NCBI GenBank assembly: GCA_963514005.1
Contig: OY740816.1
Coordinates: forward strand, 25,172,001-25,236,000
DNA: 64,000 bases
Direction of reading: 5' to 3'
Origin: Raja brachyura
Taxonomy: Eukaryota
Part shown: piece by piece, positions 50,674 to 63,710 of the stretch
How positions within the stretch are numbered: the stretch's first letter is position 1
Layout: each line of letters starts with the position of its first letter
Made by a program: the position numbers and the translations under genes
The notes under the pieces: generated by a model
Told to the model about the DNA's origin: nothing
The model's database searches: none
The model's input: only the letters and a program-made list of their open reading frames with translations

Positions 50674-52088
50674 AAGTAATGGTGTTCCTCTAAATATGAT
50701 GAATTAGTGGAAAATGTGTACACACTGTTGCCCTCCCTTGTGATCTTAGTGGGTAGCATGGTGGGGGAGCTGTATGCTAGAATTGAGTTGTTTTTTATTT
50801 TAATTTCTCACCTCAAAAAACCACCGATCCATGTGGACGTCAACATTCCAGTCAACTGAACAGCGGAGGACGTCGCAGATGAGCCAATCTAGTCCTTTCT
50901 TTCCGTCTCCCACCCTGCATGACCTTCACCAACCAACACTTCATGCTCATCAGAAGCTACAATCATTGAACTATGAGCAGTAACAGCTGTGGCAATTTTC
51001 TGCTATCTCTGACTCGAGCAACCCATTTAAAAGAGATATATTGCCTGACCCGCTGAGTTACTCCAGCATTTTGTGTCTATCTTTGGTATAAACAAGCATC
51101 TGCAGTTCCTTTTAATTTCATAACACAGTTTAGTTCAGTGTGATGGCTGGAAGAAATGTAAAATAACGTAAATTTAAATAGCTGGGAGGGGGTGGGAGAT
51201 GGCAGGGGGAGAGAAGTAGTTGGAGGAGCTGGAAAGAAACATTTGAAAAAAAATCTGCTAATGTATATGAAAAAGTAAAAGAAAACATTTGCAGAATTTA
51301 TCTAGCAAGAAAAGAGGTAGGGAAAACATATTTAAAGAGCCACAGAAAACAGTTAAATAAGATATGTGCAAGGGATATTAAAATTAATATAAGAGCTATA
51401 TGATTATATTCCGTGAAAAGTGGTGGTCGGGTGTATGCCTTGGGGCGTTACAAAAGTACAATAAACGATATAACCGTAAATGTGCAATACAGTACAGTCA
51501 AAAGAATTGATGCCCAGCTTCCAAATAATATATATCTCTTTAGTGGGAAAACAAAAACATCAGGAAAAGAGGTTGTATCCGTGGCTATGAAGCAGTTAAA
51601 GATGGTGTTGGATACAAAAAGAGTGTTTAATGCTGCCAGTTGAACAGCTGGAGGATTTGGAAAATAATCATAATCAAATCATCATAATTCAGCAAAGGAG
51701 GATAAGGGGATGTAAAGCAGAATAGAACAGTAGGCTACAAAACTTAAAAGCGTTACAGTGAAAGCTTACAGAGGTCATTCCAAAGAAAATGGTCCTTTAT
51801 TGTCACGTGTACCGAGGTACAGAGAAATTTGAGTTGCCATACAATCATACCAAAAGAGCAACAAGATACAAAACTACATAAAGATTAAACATGAACGGCC
51901 ACCACAGTGGTGTGTGAGAATCCCCAAGGCACACAGCATAAGCAGAGACTAACAGGCAACAGTTCAATGTCTGGGTCACATACACACGCTACTTCACCGT
52001 GATGTGACCAGAGTCGGCGACTTCACATTCCCCACTGTGATGGACGGCGATTAACTTTTACCTTCTTCCTCCTTTTCTCCCGAGTTTG

Positions 52089-52198
52089 GGCGATCGAAGC
52101 TCCCGCCGTCGGCGATCGAAGCTCCCGCCGTCGGCGATCGAAGCTCCCGCCGTCGGTGATCGACGCTACCACGGTCATGGCGGTCGAAGCTCCTGCGG
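52089..52198. repeat. 22-bp CpG-rich tandem repeat (GGCGATCGAAGCTCCCGCCGTC), 3 perfect + 2 diverged units
   Basis: Directly visible. Confidence 0.9.
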
Positions 52199-54670
52199 TT
52201 GGAGATAAGGACAGCAGAATTTACATTGGGTAATAAGGAAATCACAAGGACATTTTCCCCTGCCCCTGGCATCGAGAACCGGGGGTCCAGTCATAAAACA
52301 ATGGGTTGGCCCTCAGAACTGGGATGAGAAGAAATGTCTTCAAATCTTTGGAATTAACTTCCCCAAAGAGTAGTGGAAGATAAGTTGCAGAATATATTCA
52401 AGAAGAACGTCAATAGATTTTTAGATATCAAAGGATTCAAGAAAATTGAGATTGAAAATTGCAGGAAAATGGTGATTGATCCACTAAACTTCGTTGTTGG
52501 CCAAGCAATTTCAAAGTGCTAAATTCCTAGGGGTGTAATAGAAATGTGTTATATTCCGACGATTGCACGTAGCATTTGGCTGCTCACTGACTGGTCGGCA
52601 TTCGCAATATTGTTTCTGCCTGGACTTGCCCCTTCGACCCAGAAAAACCAATACACTAGTTTGCCATTTTAATCTAGTTTGTTTAAAGCTAGTGGGGGGA
52701 AGTACAGATAACTCGTGAATTAAGGAAATGTATTCCCACGTTTCTGTAAAACTGGGTTTAGCTGTTATGTTGTGTGGAGCAATAAAACAGTCCTTGAGAT
52801 GGGGAATGAGAAAAGTTGTAAGAGACTAAGTTATGCAGTATTTATTTATTGGCTTAATGTATACAGATGCCTGGAATTTCCTATAAAAGTGGGATGCATT
52901 ATACTGATGGTCTACTAAGCTGAACAATACTTGTCATTATTCCGTCTTCATAGTCCATCTGTATCCAGTGCAATCCTTGCCCACGATGTTACGCGATCAG
53001 TACTTTATCCATGTTCATACATCTGCATTATATTAACTCAAGCCAGAATTTAATTGATTAACTTGCTGCTCTTTCTACATTATAGTCTGTAAAGATACTT
53101 AGAATTGCAGGCATTTACTGTTAGACCTATATGAAGAATGCTCCTTGTACACATTCTGCATTTTTCAAATTATATACCACTAAAAGGCAGATATTTTATG
53201 CTGAACTAAGCATTTTACCAGTATATGTTCTGGAGTTCTTCAGTAGGTTTCAGTGAAGAATATTAGTGCTAAGGAAGAATGCTTTTGTGTTTTGCTTGCA
53301 GTATTAATATTAAAATGTCCACATCACCTTTTCAAGCAGATCGTGCAATACAATGGATTACATCTATAGGACGTTTCCAACATAATAAACCTCCCAGGAA
53401 TGGTTATCATGAATGATTTGACCTTGGGCTTCACAAGACAATATTTAAGCAGGCGATCAAAGGCTTGGTCAAATAAGAATGCCTCAAGAGATGACTTTAC
53501 TACTAGAAGGAGTTAGCATGGAGCCAGTTGGTGAAGCAGTGAAAATGGATCACTGCCAAAAGCAGAACTGATATCCCAGAAGATTGTAGAATTAGAGTAT
53601 ATCGCAGAGATGTAAAAGGGCAGTTCTATGAAGAGTTTTGGTAAAAGGATATGAATGTAGCTCAGAATATGCATGAATAATGGTGAACAGGACTTGGTTT
53701 AAGTTAAGATACGGGCAGCAGAGTATTAGATGGACACAGGTTTACAAAGAGCACAAGATACCGAGTGAAAAGCCTTCTATGTTGTCCCATCCAGTACTTC
53801 TAGATCAGCGGCAGCAATGGATCGATGTAGAATAAAGGTCCTCCTTTGTCCCATCAATCATTTGCAGGGGAGATACAGATTAAAACCCAGTGTCCCCATG
53901 TCATTGAAGGGGGTGATTGTCTCCGCATCTCACAATATAAAGTTTTCAATTGTATATTGGAAGAAACAACGAAATCCAAGTGTTTGAGAAAAGAGAGTCT
54001 TTATCTGAAAAAAAGTGCAGTTATAATGCGAGGTTTAGCAAACTTGGCTGTTACAAGACCACCCTCGCTCTTCCTTTTTGCTTCAGACAGTCTGCAATGC
54101 TGTACAGAGCCAGGAAGTCCAGTGTAAATATAGTAACTATCAGTGTTGCCATGTGAATATCCAGCACAGCTTGTGGATTGTAGAAGGTTGACGTCCTTGG
54201 GTGGTTATATCACGTGAGCTGATTTGTGCTGCCCTCTCTGCATTGACTGGTGAAGCAGGGGGCCCTGCATTGTGACAACTCCTTGTCTTTGGAGAGTACT
54301 TTACATTGACCCTGATATAGTCTCAGAGGGGATGCCGCAGAGCTAATTGCCGAAGTGTTATTAACTGTTCACCAGCTTTTCCTTTCATGCTCTGGCTTGC
54401 TTATGTTGAGAAAGTTTAAAGTAGCTGATTTCAGTCAATTCTGCTGCGACTGAGGCTAGATTTCCCCGATTTCCAGGTGCGACTTTGTGGAGTGGGTTAG
54501 CTCGCACAAGCTGGAGCTGTGCACAAATCAATGTTTGCACTGTTGTGAAGTAAACTCTTGCAGCTCAGCCTTTGAGCAAGCTGCAGAGCTGTCGACAAGG
54601 CAAGATTCGGGAGCTGACAACAGGGCACATCCCTCACCATTCATTCTTAAAGGCAAGGCTTGAAGGCGGG

Positions 54671-54692
54671 ATGGCTGAAGGCTATTCAAATG
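54671..54692 (+). CDS. prkaca: Alternative short first coding exon MAEGYSN|(V), Calpha2/CalphaS type
   Basis: Strong Kozak gggATGG, 22 nt, phase 1, donor G|GTAAGC; same length and phase as mammalian Calpha2 (MASNSSD-V); lies in unique sequence. Confidence 0.6.
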
Positions 54693-56979
54693 GTAAGCAA
54701 GTATCTAGCTGAGTGGTGTGTGTCAACTGAGTTGCGATTGTTTACCTTTTCCACATCAGGAAACAAGCCTTTAAATACTCAAGCTAGCATTGAATTTTTA
54801 GACCAGTTATGCAAGGAATCTTTTCAAAATAATTTAGAATAACTTCAGAATTACATTCTAACTTTGACACCGCACTAGTCAATCTCTCCTCGATACATGT
54901 CATTGAATGACTGACTCCTAATTAAAATCACATGTTGATATGACTGAACTGTCTACAATATCGTGCTGTACATTTCAGTCAGTGCTTAATGTTGAAATGT
55001 ACCAAAACTGAGAAGCTAGTTGTCATGCAGATTCTTTTCTGAATGGGAGTCGATGATATGTGGTTGTTTGTGAAAGTTTCCTGAACTTGTAGTACATCGC
55101 AAACTTAAACGTAATGTACAAACTCTTTGTTTTTATAAATTAATATACATTGCACTAATTGTATCTAGAATATATGTTACTCTATCGTTTACTTTCAATA
55201 ATTCCTTTTTTACCTTTAAATCGGTTCCAGTGAGTGTTGAGTTGAGTGCATCATTGTAAATGAACAATTGCATAAAAAATGGTTTGATACAATTTCCGCG
55301 TACTAAATGAGTGCTAAATTTTTCGCTAATGCTAATTCGGAACCGGTCAAAAAAAATGTATGGTTTAAGAAATTATTTTCATAATTTACTCCCTTTTAAG
55401 AGATCTGGGTGTCTTATGTAGACTGCTACTAGCTGAGAGAACAGCAGCAATATCATTTGTGTGCTGGCTCGAAGGGCCGAATGGCCTACTTCTGCACCTA
55501 TTGTCTATTGTCTATTGTCTGGGAAATGGGTCAGCACGATATATACTGACAAGCTGCCAAGGAGATTACGTCAAACTGTGACTTTGGGCAGTCGGTATAT
55601 GATGGGAAGGGGGAATCGCAAAGGACTTGGGTGAGAGGGGATGATGGCATGTAGTCGACTGGGATCCCTCACCTCTACTTCCGACGACAGAACAGGCCAC
55701 TTACGCCGCACGGCTGTAGATGTCTCCACACCCGTTCCATTTGGCTTGGAGAAGCTTTGATATGTACCTAGAGCTCTCAGCAACAGGGCATCGTGAATAA
55801 AAGTAACAAAGGGTGATTTTCTGCACAGATATTACATCCCGGGGGGGGAGATAATTTAAGTCACTCTGCCATCACCAATTTTAGCATAATGTACCTCTTG
55901 TTGAAATGCAAATGAATTATAAAATCTTAGGAAGTGAGCTTTTGATCCACTTTATGTGAACGAGTAATGAATGACTGCGCTGCTTGTTAATGATAACACT
56001 TGCGACTGGCAAATGATGTCACCATCATGGTGAATTGTGACAAGAAATGTCATCCAATTTCCCATTGGGCAAGAATTCAAACATGCCAAAATCATGTCTT
56101 ATGTATTATTTATACCTCTTTTTCCAATCAAATTTCTAGGCTGAAAGAGTGTAGTGTTGTCTTGCCACATAATGTCCTCATTAAGCAGATTGGTTGTGCA
56201 GCTCGTATTAATAAGTATTCACTGGAAATGCCTTGTCCAATACCAAACCACTGCAAACTTCAGCAGATGTGGTCTGACTGAGTTTAATGGATCATTTGAA
56301 AAGTTAACCTGTTCATTCGTACATTTCTGATCCCAAGGCTTGAAAGTTTTCCTGTGGTTGAAACATTTGTTGCCTTCCATAGAGAAGATCTTATCAGCAG
56401 TGGCCATGGTACAGTGCAGCCTGTTCGTGAAAGTCTTACAGGATAATCTGCTGCTGGTGGGATATTCTACAGTGTGATGCCACATTGCTTCCTCATGATT
56501 GATACCCACTATATCTGCCTTCAGTATCACTCAATGATTCTCTGCATAAGATGGTTCTAGTCTTGCTAAGGTCCTTAATTGATAGGAATTATTGAAAGTA
56601 AAAGATAATTGCCTTCTTTACATCCAAGCTTGATTATCTTGCATTGAAAAACCTTAGAATCCGTTAGCCAATTTGTCTCGTAAAAAAAGGCATGTGTCCA
56701 GATTTACAATGTAGAAATAAGAACAAGATTGAGAAGCCGAGGAATACTGGAATTGTAAAAGTAATTGTGTCTGCCTATGATGATTCACTATTTGAGTCTC
56801 TTGTTCTTAACAGCCTCCAAAACCATGATGGGGATTGATGCATCTTGGACCTTAGCCCTAAAACTCAAAGATATAGGAATAGGAAAAGTCAAGGGATATT
56901 CATCCCATAAAACCTTCTCTGCCTTTTAGTTAAATCATGGATGGTTGTTCTTGATCTGTATTCCTTGATAATTTCATTT

Positions 56980-57190
56980 TAGTTTAGAGATACAGCACGG
57001 AAACAAGCCCTTCGGCCCACCGTATCCGCGCCGACCTGCGATCCCTGCAATTTTTACATTTACCAAGCCAATTTACCTACAGACCTGTATGTCTTTGGAG
57101 TGCGGGAGGAAAGCAAAGATCTCGGAGAAAACCCACACTGCAAGTGCAGAAAAGCAGCAACTCCACCACTGTGCTACCGTGCCACCCTAA
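56980..57190 (-). mobile_element. HE1-like SINE (internally deleted)
   Basis: Reverse complement of the SINE at 57440-57870, head gggtggcacggtagcacagtgg. Confidence 0.75.
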
Positions 57191-57437
57191 AGATAAGGTC
57201 TAAGCATTTGATTGTAGTGTTGGAAAATTATAATTGCCTTGATGGGCAGTGTTCCTGAATTTTCATTATATCTGCTGTAAAACAAAATTGCTTCCCAGTT
57301 TCTGCCCAAATGATCTAGCTCTTATTGCTGATTCAGCAACCAGAAAAATGACAGCTTTGTATGCACCCAAATGTTTCTCCACCCACAGATTCATGCTTGT
57401 TATATCATCACCTTGACATTCTCAACAAACTTTATGA

Positions 57438-57875
57438 AGGGCGGTCACGGTGGCGCAGCGGTAGAGTTGCTGCTTTACAGCGAATGCAGCGCTGGAGACC
57501 CGGGTTCGATCCCGACTACGGGTGCTGTTTGTACAGAGTTTGTACGTTCTCCCTGTGACCTGCGTGGGTTTTCTCCCACACTCCAAAGACGTACAGGTTT
57601 GTAGGTTAATTGGCTTGGTAAATTGTTCCTAATGTGTGTAGGATTGTGTTCTTCTTCTTCTTGCGTATGGCAACTTGCATATGGACAACTTGTTCTATTT
57701 GATCTTATTTGATTGTGCATGCCGGGTTGATTGCATTCGTCGAAACAGGGCGGACCAGGTGAAGGTAGCAATCTTTCACCTAAGGGAAGTGTTAATGTGC
57801 AGGGATCACTGGTTGGCGCAGACAAGGTGGGCCGAAGGGCCTGTTTCCGCGCTGTACCTCTAAACTAAACTAAAA
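57438..57875 (+). mobile_element. Near full-length HE1-like tRNA-derived V-SINE
   Basis: A box TGGCGCAGCGG, B box GGTTCGATCC, 3' tail ctaaactaaact; interrupted by the ribozyme element at 57651-57782. Confidence 0.88.
57651..57782 (-). mobile_element. HDV-ribozyme-headed short retroelement, copy 4 (more diverged)
   Basis: Same body and (GAA)n tail; ribozyme region 57729-57782 keeps CGAA and P3 but P1 5' strand, P2 and L3 are mutated; degenerate TSD (..gtgtt). Confidence 0.8.
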
Positions 57876-58470
57876 AAAAGACAGAATCCATCATTGTCAC
57901 TTTCTCGATAAAATCTACCACTTGATCTGTCATTACCTCCACATTCACAGACTCCAATGCTGTTCTTCCTGTCTTTGTGCGGTCAATGTACTGACATATC
58001 TCCTCTGGCTTAGTTGATCCATATCGAGTACTTGCATGTGTTATTTTAGATTTTTAATCCTCAGTTTGCAATTTCAATCCTCCTACCACCATCCACTGCA
58101 ACTCTTTCCCCCTCTACCCGCTGTGCCCAACCCCTAGTTCACCAATTCTCCCATTTGTTTGTTATATATCCTCTAATTTTCCTTTGCCACTTCCAATCTT
58201 CCCCGTCTAGACTGAGATAGATAGATTCTTTATTAGTACGGGTGTCGGGGGTTATGGGGGAAAGGCAGGAGAATGAGGTTAGGAGGGAGAGATAGATCAA
58301 CCATGATTGAATGGCGGAGTAGACTCGATGGGCCGAATGACCTAATTCTGCTCCTATCACTTATGACCTAGACCACAAAACTGAATTAAGAAAAATAACT
58401 TTTCCTGCATTCCTTAATGGGTCATTGCTGCCCCCACAGTATAGGGTCCAATAAACTAAGCTACTTACAA

Positions 58471-58687
58471 TGTTTAAGAAAGAACTGCAGATGCTGGAAT
58501 AATCGAAGGTAGACCAAAATGCTGGAGAAACTCAGTGGGTGAAGCAGCATCTATGGAGCGAAGGAATAGGTGATGTTTCGGGTCGAGACCCTACTTCAGA
58601 AGAAAGGTCTCGACCCGAAACGTCACCTATTCCTTCGCTCCATAGATGTTGCCTCACCCGCTGAGTTTCTCCGGCATTTTTGTCTAC
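58471..58687. mobile_element. Head-to-head inverted pLTR (long hairpin) insertion
   Basis: ~90-bp arms (~58507-58598 and ~58600-58689); TSD ctaag(c/t)tacttacaa at 58456-58470 and 58688-58702. Confidence 0.88.
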
Positions 58688-59096
58688 CTAAGTTACTTAC
58701 AACCTTGTCTCCCAAACTCCACCACAGCCTCACCCTTCAAAGTACCATTCCCTGTACTTTAAAAATGCCTCTAAAATTACATTTTTGTTCCTTAGCCTTT
58801 GGAAATCTCTTTGAATCTATCCTATCATTACCTTTTTTCTTTCTGTTACTCAGTAAATTGATTTTCTGAGGCTTCTGTATAGGACCTTTATCTGATGGTA
58901 TGACAGTTAGAAGAATGATTATATAATCCAATTTGCAGTGTGGAGAATTTTCTTGGAGGAGCATTATTTGGATTTATTCTGTGAACTGTAATACTAAACA
59001 AGTGCTAACAGATGGCTTATCGTACGGAGGTTGGGTGTGAGTGAATCCCACACCTTCTCAGCAGCAGCACCAAGCTGAAAACAAAACCATAAAGAT

Positions 59097-59180
59097 ATGT
59101 GTGTGTGTGTGTGTGCCTGCGTGCATCTATATGTGTGTGTGCATGTGTGCCTATATGTGTGTGTGAGAGAGAGAGAGAGA
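59097..59180. repeat. Compound (TG)n/(GA)n microsatellite
   Basis: Directly visible. Confidence 0.9.
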
Positions 59181-60912
59181 TGTTTTGGGGTGGAGCAGTG
59201 GTAACATTTTGAGGGATGGATCCATTGAATGCTTGGTTTGCCAGCGTGCTTTTTGCCTGGATTATTTAAACACAATCCTACTGGTTCTCTTGTTTCTTCC
59301 CTCTATAAGGCTAATGTCACCAGATTTCTGCTGTTTGGACCACATCCCTTACCCAAGTTCAGTTTAGCTTTCATTTCATTGGTAGCTAGAACCACGGTGA
59401 TTTTGTTTGAACTGCGTTGATGTCTGATTCAACAGTGACTTTGTTTCAAAACGCCCAATCTCTCTTTTCAGGTGGCTTCATACCTCCTTGTCTCTGCAAT
59501 CTATAGTACCAGAAGTCTTCAAGATAATCTGGGTTTTTCTGATTTTAACTGTTTTACCATTGGTAGCTGTGTCTTCAGCTGTGAAGCTGAAGCCCTGGAA
59601 TATCATACACTCATAAGTGAGAGGTATAGAATTAGGCCATTCGGCCCATCAAGTCTACTCCGCCATTCAATCATGGCTGACCTGTCATGGCTAACCCCAT
59701 TCTGCTGCCTTCTCCCCGTAACCTCTGACATATCAGGAATAAATTGAAACACTTAACCTCTCTACTTCATTTTCTTCAATATAATCCTTAAAGCATGTCT
59801 CTTTGACAGTGATATTGGTTGTTGTTGTAAATTGTGGTGATTGGAGTTGATAACACTCGTATGATGAGTATTGGGGCATTTTACTTCATAAAAATACATT
59901 ATTATTATTCCTCATGCTCTTCCAGGTTTGTCAGGCTCCAGGTCCTGTGGGCCTTTTCTTGTGAAAGCTGCAGTGATCCACTGTTGATAAGATTTTTTTA
60001 CAATTCAGTTTTATGGGATTTAGGCATCACCGACAGGCATTTCATGTATTAACTGTCCTCAATTTTTTTTTTTTGCAAAGATATCCCTGTTTAACAAAAA
60101 TAATTAGGAGAACCAAATAAGAATAGCAACTTGAGGGGTAACTTTCACGAAAAGGGTGGTGGGTGGATGGAACAAGCTGCCGGAGGAGGTAGTTGAGGCA
60201 GGCACCATCGCAACGTGTATGAAACATTTGGACAGGTGCATGGATATGTCAGGTTTGGAGGGATATGGGCTAAATGCAGGCAGGTGGGACTAGAGTAGAT
60301 GGGACATGTTGGCTGGTGTGGGCAAGTTGGGCTGTAGTTTCCACACTGTAAGACTCTATGACTAGTGAGAGATTCACTTTGGATATAATGTGAGCTGCAT
60401 GCAAGCAACATTGTGCTTTACCATATAACCCCACACATGTTGGTCTGATGCAGCATGTAAAGTAATCCAGAAATCAATCCTTTAATGTTCCCAAATTATC
60501 TGCTGACTGTTGCCACAGTTTGACGGAATTATCAGTCCAGCTGTCAATGTGGACATGACGCTGTTTTCTGAATTTAGGGTTCATTCAGAGATTATCATTG
60601 ACGAGAGGCTTACGTAGAAAAAGCCTCATTTCAAAAGTACAGGATACAGAGGTTGCTCTCCAAATTTATAATGGACTGAATTAACCCATGCTATTTACCA
60701 TGGCACAGCTGGGCTAATGTTTAATGATTGCCACTGATTTTTAATTTTCATCCAAAAGCCAGAGGGGTGAGCCCTCTGACCCATTCCTCAACAGGCGATG
60801 CTGATCCAGCTGGATAAAGGCTCCAATCAAAAGTGATAATATCTTCGGACTGTTTTTCACAAATGTGTCAACCATCGTGTACAAGGGATAAAAGTGATTA
60901 ACTTTTGAGCCC

Positions 60913-61062
60913 AAGATAGACACAAAAAGCTGGAGTAACTCAGCGGGACAGGCAGCATCTCTGGAGAGATGGAGTGGGTGACGTTTCGGGTCGAGACCCT
61001 TCTTCAGTCTGAGAGTCATGGGAAAGGGGAACGAGCATCTGCAGGTTGTTCCTACATATTCA
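60913..61062 (-). mobile_element. TSD-flanked pLTR insertion
   Basis: TSD ttttgagccc at 60903-60912 and 61063-61072; short inverted tail agcatctgcag. Confidence 0.85.
60980..61007 (-). ncRNA. Minimal type I hammerhead ribozyme core (intact consensus)
   Basis: Minus strand CUGAAGAAGGGUCUCGACCCGAAACGUC, identical to 20402-20429. Confidence 0.65.
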
Positions 61063-62879
61063 TTTTGAGCCCTACAACTGCTGCATCTGCAGAGGGTTGT
61101 GCATGTGAAACCCCTGTTTGAATTGATCCATTAATTGTGTTTGTACTGGGACTGGCATCTTGATGTAGAAAGAAGCAATATTTTTTGTCCCTCCCTCGAA
61201 GGAGTAATTCTCCAGGATTTCTCCTTCACTCCTTTTGTCAAGTACCTTGTGTCAATTCATCAAATAGGTTGCACTAGATAGTTTCAATAAATGCAGTAAA
61301 AAGGCACAAGGCATTTTGGAACAGTGTAAAACAAAATTTAGCACTGAATCAGATGAATTACTTAATGGAAGACCAACATTTGATTAAAGCGAGATGTTTT
61401 GGTGCTTTTGAAAAGGATTAGAGGTAGAAACAGATACGTTGGATAACTTCAATTATTTTCACGGCATCTGCCCATTAAAGCTCACAGCGTTAATAGCTGT
61501 CCCTGAAATGCACCCTGCGTGCAACTACTACATAAGTAGACTTCAGGATATCGAAGTTAAGAATTCAGAAATTATTTCCTGTTATCCTACCACTTTAAGT
61601 AAGTTTCATTAGCATAACTATATTTGCAGAATTATCTTTGTATTTCACACGATATTTTTCCTTAGAGACCTGAAGAAGCCTTGATATGCAAGTAAAGGAT
61701 CCCTGCTATTCCACTCCCTGCTTGAAAGACAAGACCACCCTCAGACAAATAGCAGTGTGCTTCATGGACGCCTTAAACATTGGTACAGCCTGCAGTAAAT
61801 TCCTTGCTACCACTCCTAACAAAATGTTCCAAGGCTGTATCTCAATTAAAGAACACCACATTTATTGTCAGGAGGCCTTGTGATTAGCACAGAAGTTCTA
61901 ATAACAGGCAGTGAAATGTGATTTCATTACCCACATCTCGGGTGAAAAGTACATATCAAGGGACCAAAAAGATCCAGCAAATGCAACCATCTTAGCAAAT
62001 GTAGCAGAGAACAGGATAACAGTCCTAGGTTCTCTCCTCCCTGCTGTTCCACAAATTGCAGTGTGATTTCTGTCCATCTGGTGACACAGTGGACATGATC
62101 TTCAATGCGTGATAACTCAGAGAGAATTGCAGGAAGGCAGCACCAACCGATGGACACTGGACCCAGGAGCACTGTGCTCCAGCTCAGCCATTATATAAAT
62201 TAATCTCCATCTTATGCTTGCCTCCTAATCACATCCAAGCTGTGACTCAGAGCCAGTCTCAGTGAAGACACTGGTGTCATACAAGACTGTACTTGGAAAG
62301 TTGCACCGGTGAAGATTAAAATTGTCCAACTGGATTTACAGAGAAGATGGACAATAGAAGTTTCACGTGTAGTAGATAAAAGTAGAAGTTAGAAATTAAT
62401 GCATCTAGACTTATTCCAGTAATCGTATTCTTTAAAGCCTTTTGTCACAAGATGGCTGACTTTGTAAACCTACATACTGAGCTCTTACTAAAGCACGTTA
62501 TAACTTGCTTTTCATCTGTGATTTTTTTGCTTACGTAAGGCTAAAACTAAACTGGATTATTACTAGTCATTTAATGTCGCGTGAACTGAGGTATAGTGAA
62601 AAGCTTTTTTTGTAGCGTGCTTATTATTGTTTATGGTACAGGAAGCAGCAACCTGTACAGGATTATTCCTTTGTTTATCTTAGTTTATTGTCATGTGTAC
62701 AGAGGTACAGTGAAAATATTTTTTGCTGCATGCTTTCAGTGTTAAGACTATAGATGATGACAATCAAGCCAATCATACAGTAGAGATATAGGATAATTGG
62801 AATAAATTCCCACTTCCACAGATCTTTCTCTATACCCTGCTAGTTCCCTTTTGAAATCTCTATCCCTTAAAAACAAGAT

Positions 62880-63010
62880 ATTCAGGGGATATGGAGAGAA
62901 GGCGGAAATGGGGTACTGATTGGGGATGAGCAGCCACGATCACTTGAATGGCGGTGCTGGCTCGAAGGGCCAAATGGCCTCCTCCTGCACCTATTGTCTA
63001 TTGTCTATTG
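62880..63010 (+). mobile_element. CR1 3' UTR fragment
   Basis: ggggatatggagagaaggc...ctcctgcacctattgtctattgtctattg. Confidence 0.85.
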
Positions 63011-63074
63011 AAAACCCTAATTAACACCCATTCCATTTCTACAACTTTTATAGATAGTGATATCCAGACATCCT

Positions 63075-63710
63075 GGCCTTTATAAATCAGAGCATTGAAT
63101 AGAGGAGTAGGGAAGTAATGTTAAAATTGTACAAGGCATTGGTAAGACCAATTCTGGAGTATGGTGTACAATTTTGGTCGGCTAATTATAGGAAGGATGT
63201 CAACAAAATAGAGAGAGTACAGAGGAGATTTACTAGAATGTTGCCTGGGTTCCAGCAACTAAGTTACAGAGAAAGGTTGAACAAGTTAGGTCTTTATTCT
63301 TTGGAGCGCAGAAGGTTAAGGGGGGACTTGATTGAAGTCTTTAAAATGATGAAAGGGATAGACAGAGTTGACGTGGATAAGCTTTTCCCATTGAGGGTAG
63401 GGAAGATTCAAACAAGAGGGCATGACATGAGAATTAAGGGACAGAAGTTTAGGGGTAACATGAGGGGGAACTTCTTTACTCAGAGAGTGGTGGCTGTGTG
63501 GAATGATCTTCCAGCAGAAGTGGTGGAGGCAAGATCGATTTTAACATTTAAAAGTAAAGTGGATAGGTATATGGACGGGAAGGGAATGGAGGGGTATGGT
63601 CTGATTGCAGGTAGATGGGACTAGGGGAAAATAAATGGTCGGCACGGACTGGAAGGGCCGAGAAGGCCTGTTTCCGTGCTGTAATTGTTATATGGTTATA
63701 TGGTTATATC
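63075..63710 (+). mobile_element. 5'-truncated CR1 LINE (second subfamily)
   Basis: ORF 63118-63624 LYKALVRPILEY.VQFW..ERVQRRFTRM..RRLRGDLIEVFK..TRGH; tail (tatggtta)n. Confidence 0.92.

Noticed and set aside
56133-56160. Possible PKA exon 2 start (tttctagg ctgaaagagt)
   Set aside because: Does not continue as KEFLAKAKEDF and the acceptor spacing is wrong; exon 2 is presumably beyond the window.
57438-57520. tRNA gene
   Set aside because: A/B boxes belong to a SINE head that continues into the HE1-like body; no proper cloverleaf end or terminator.
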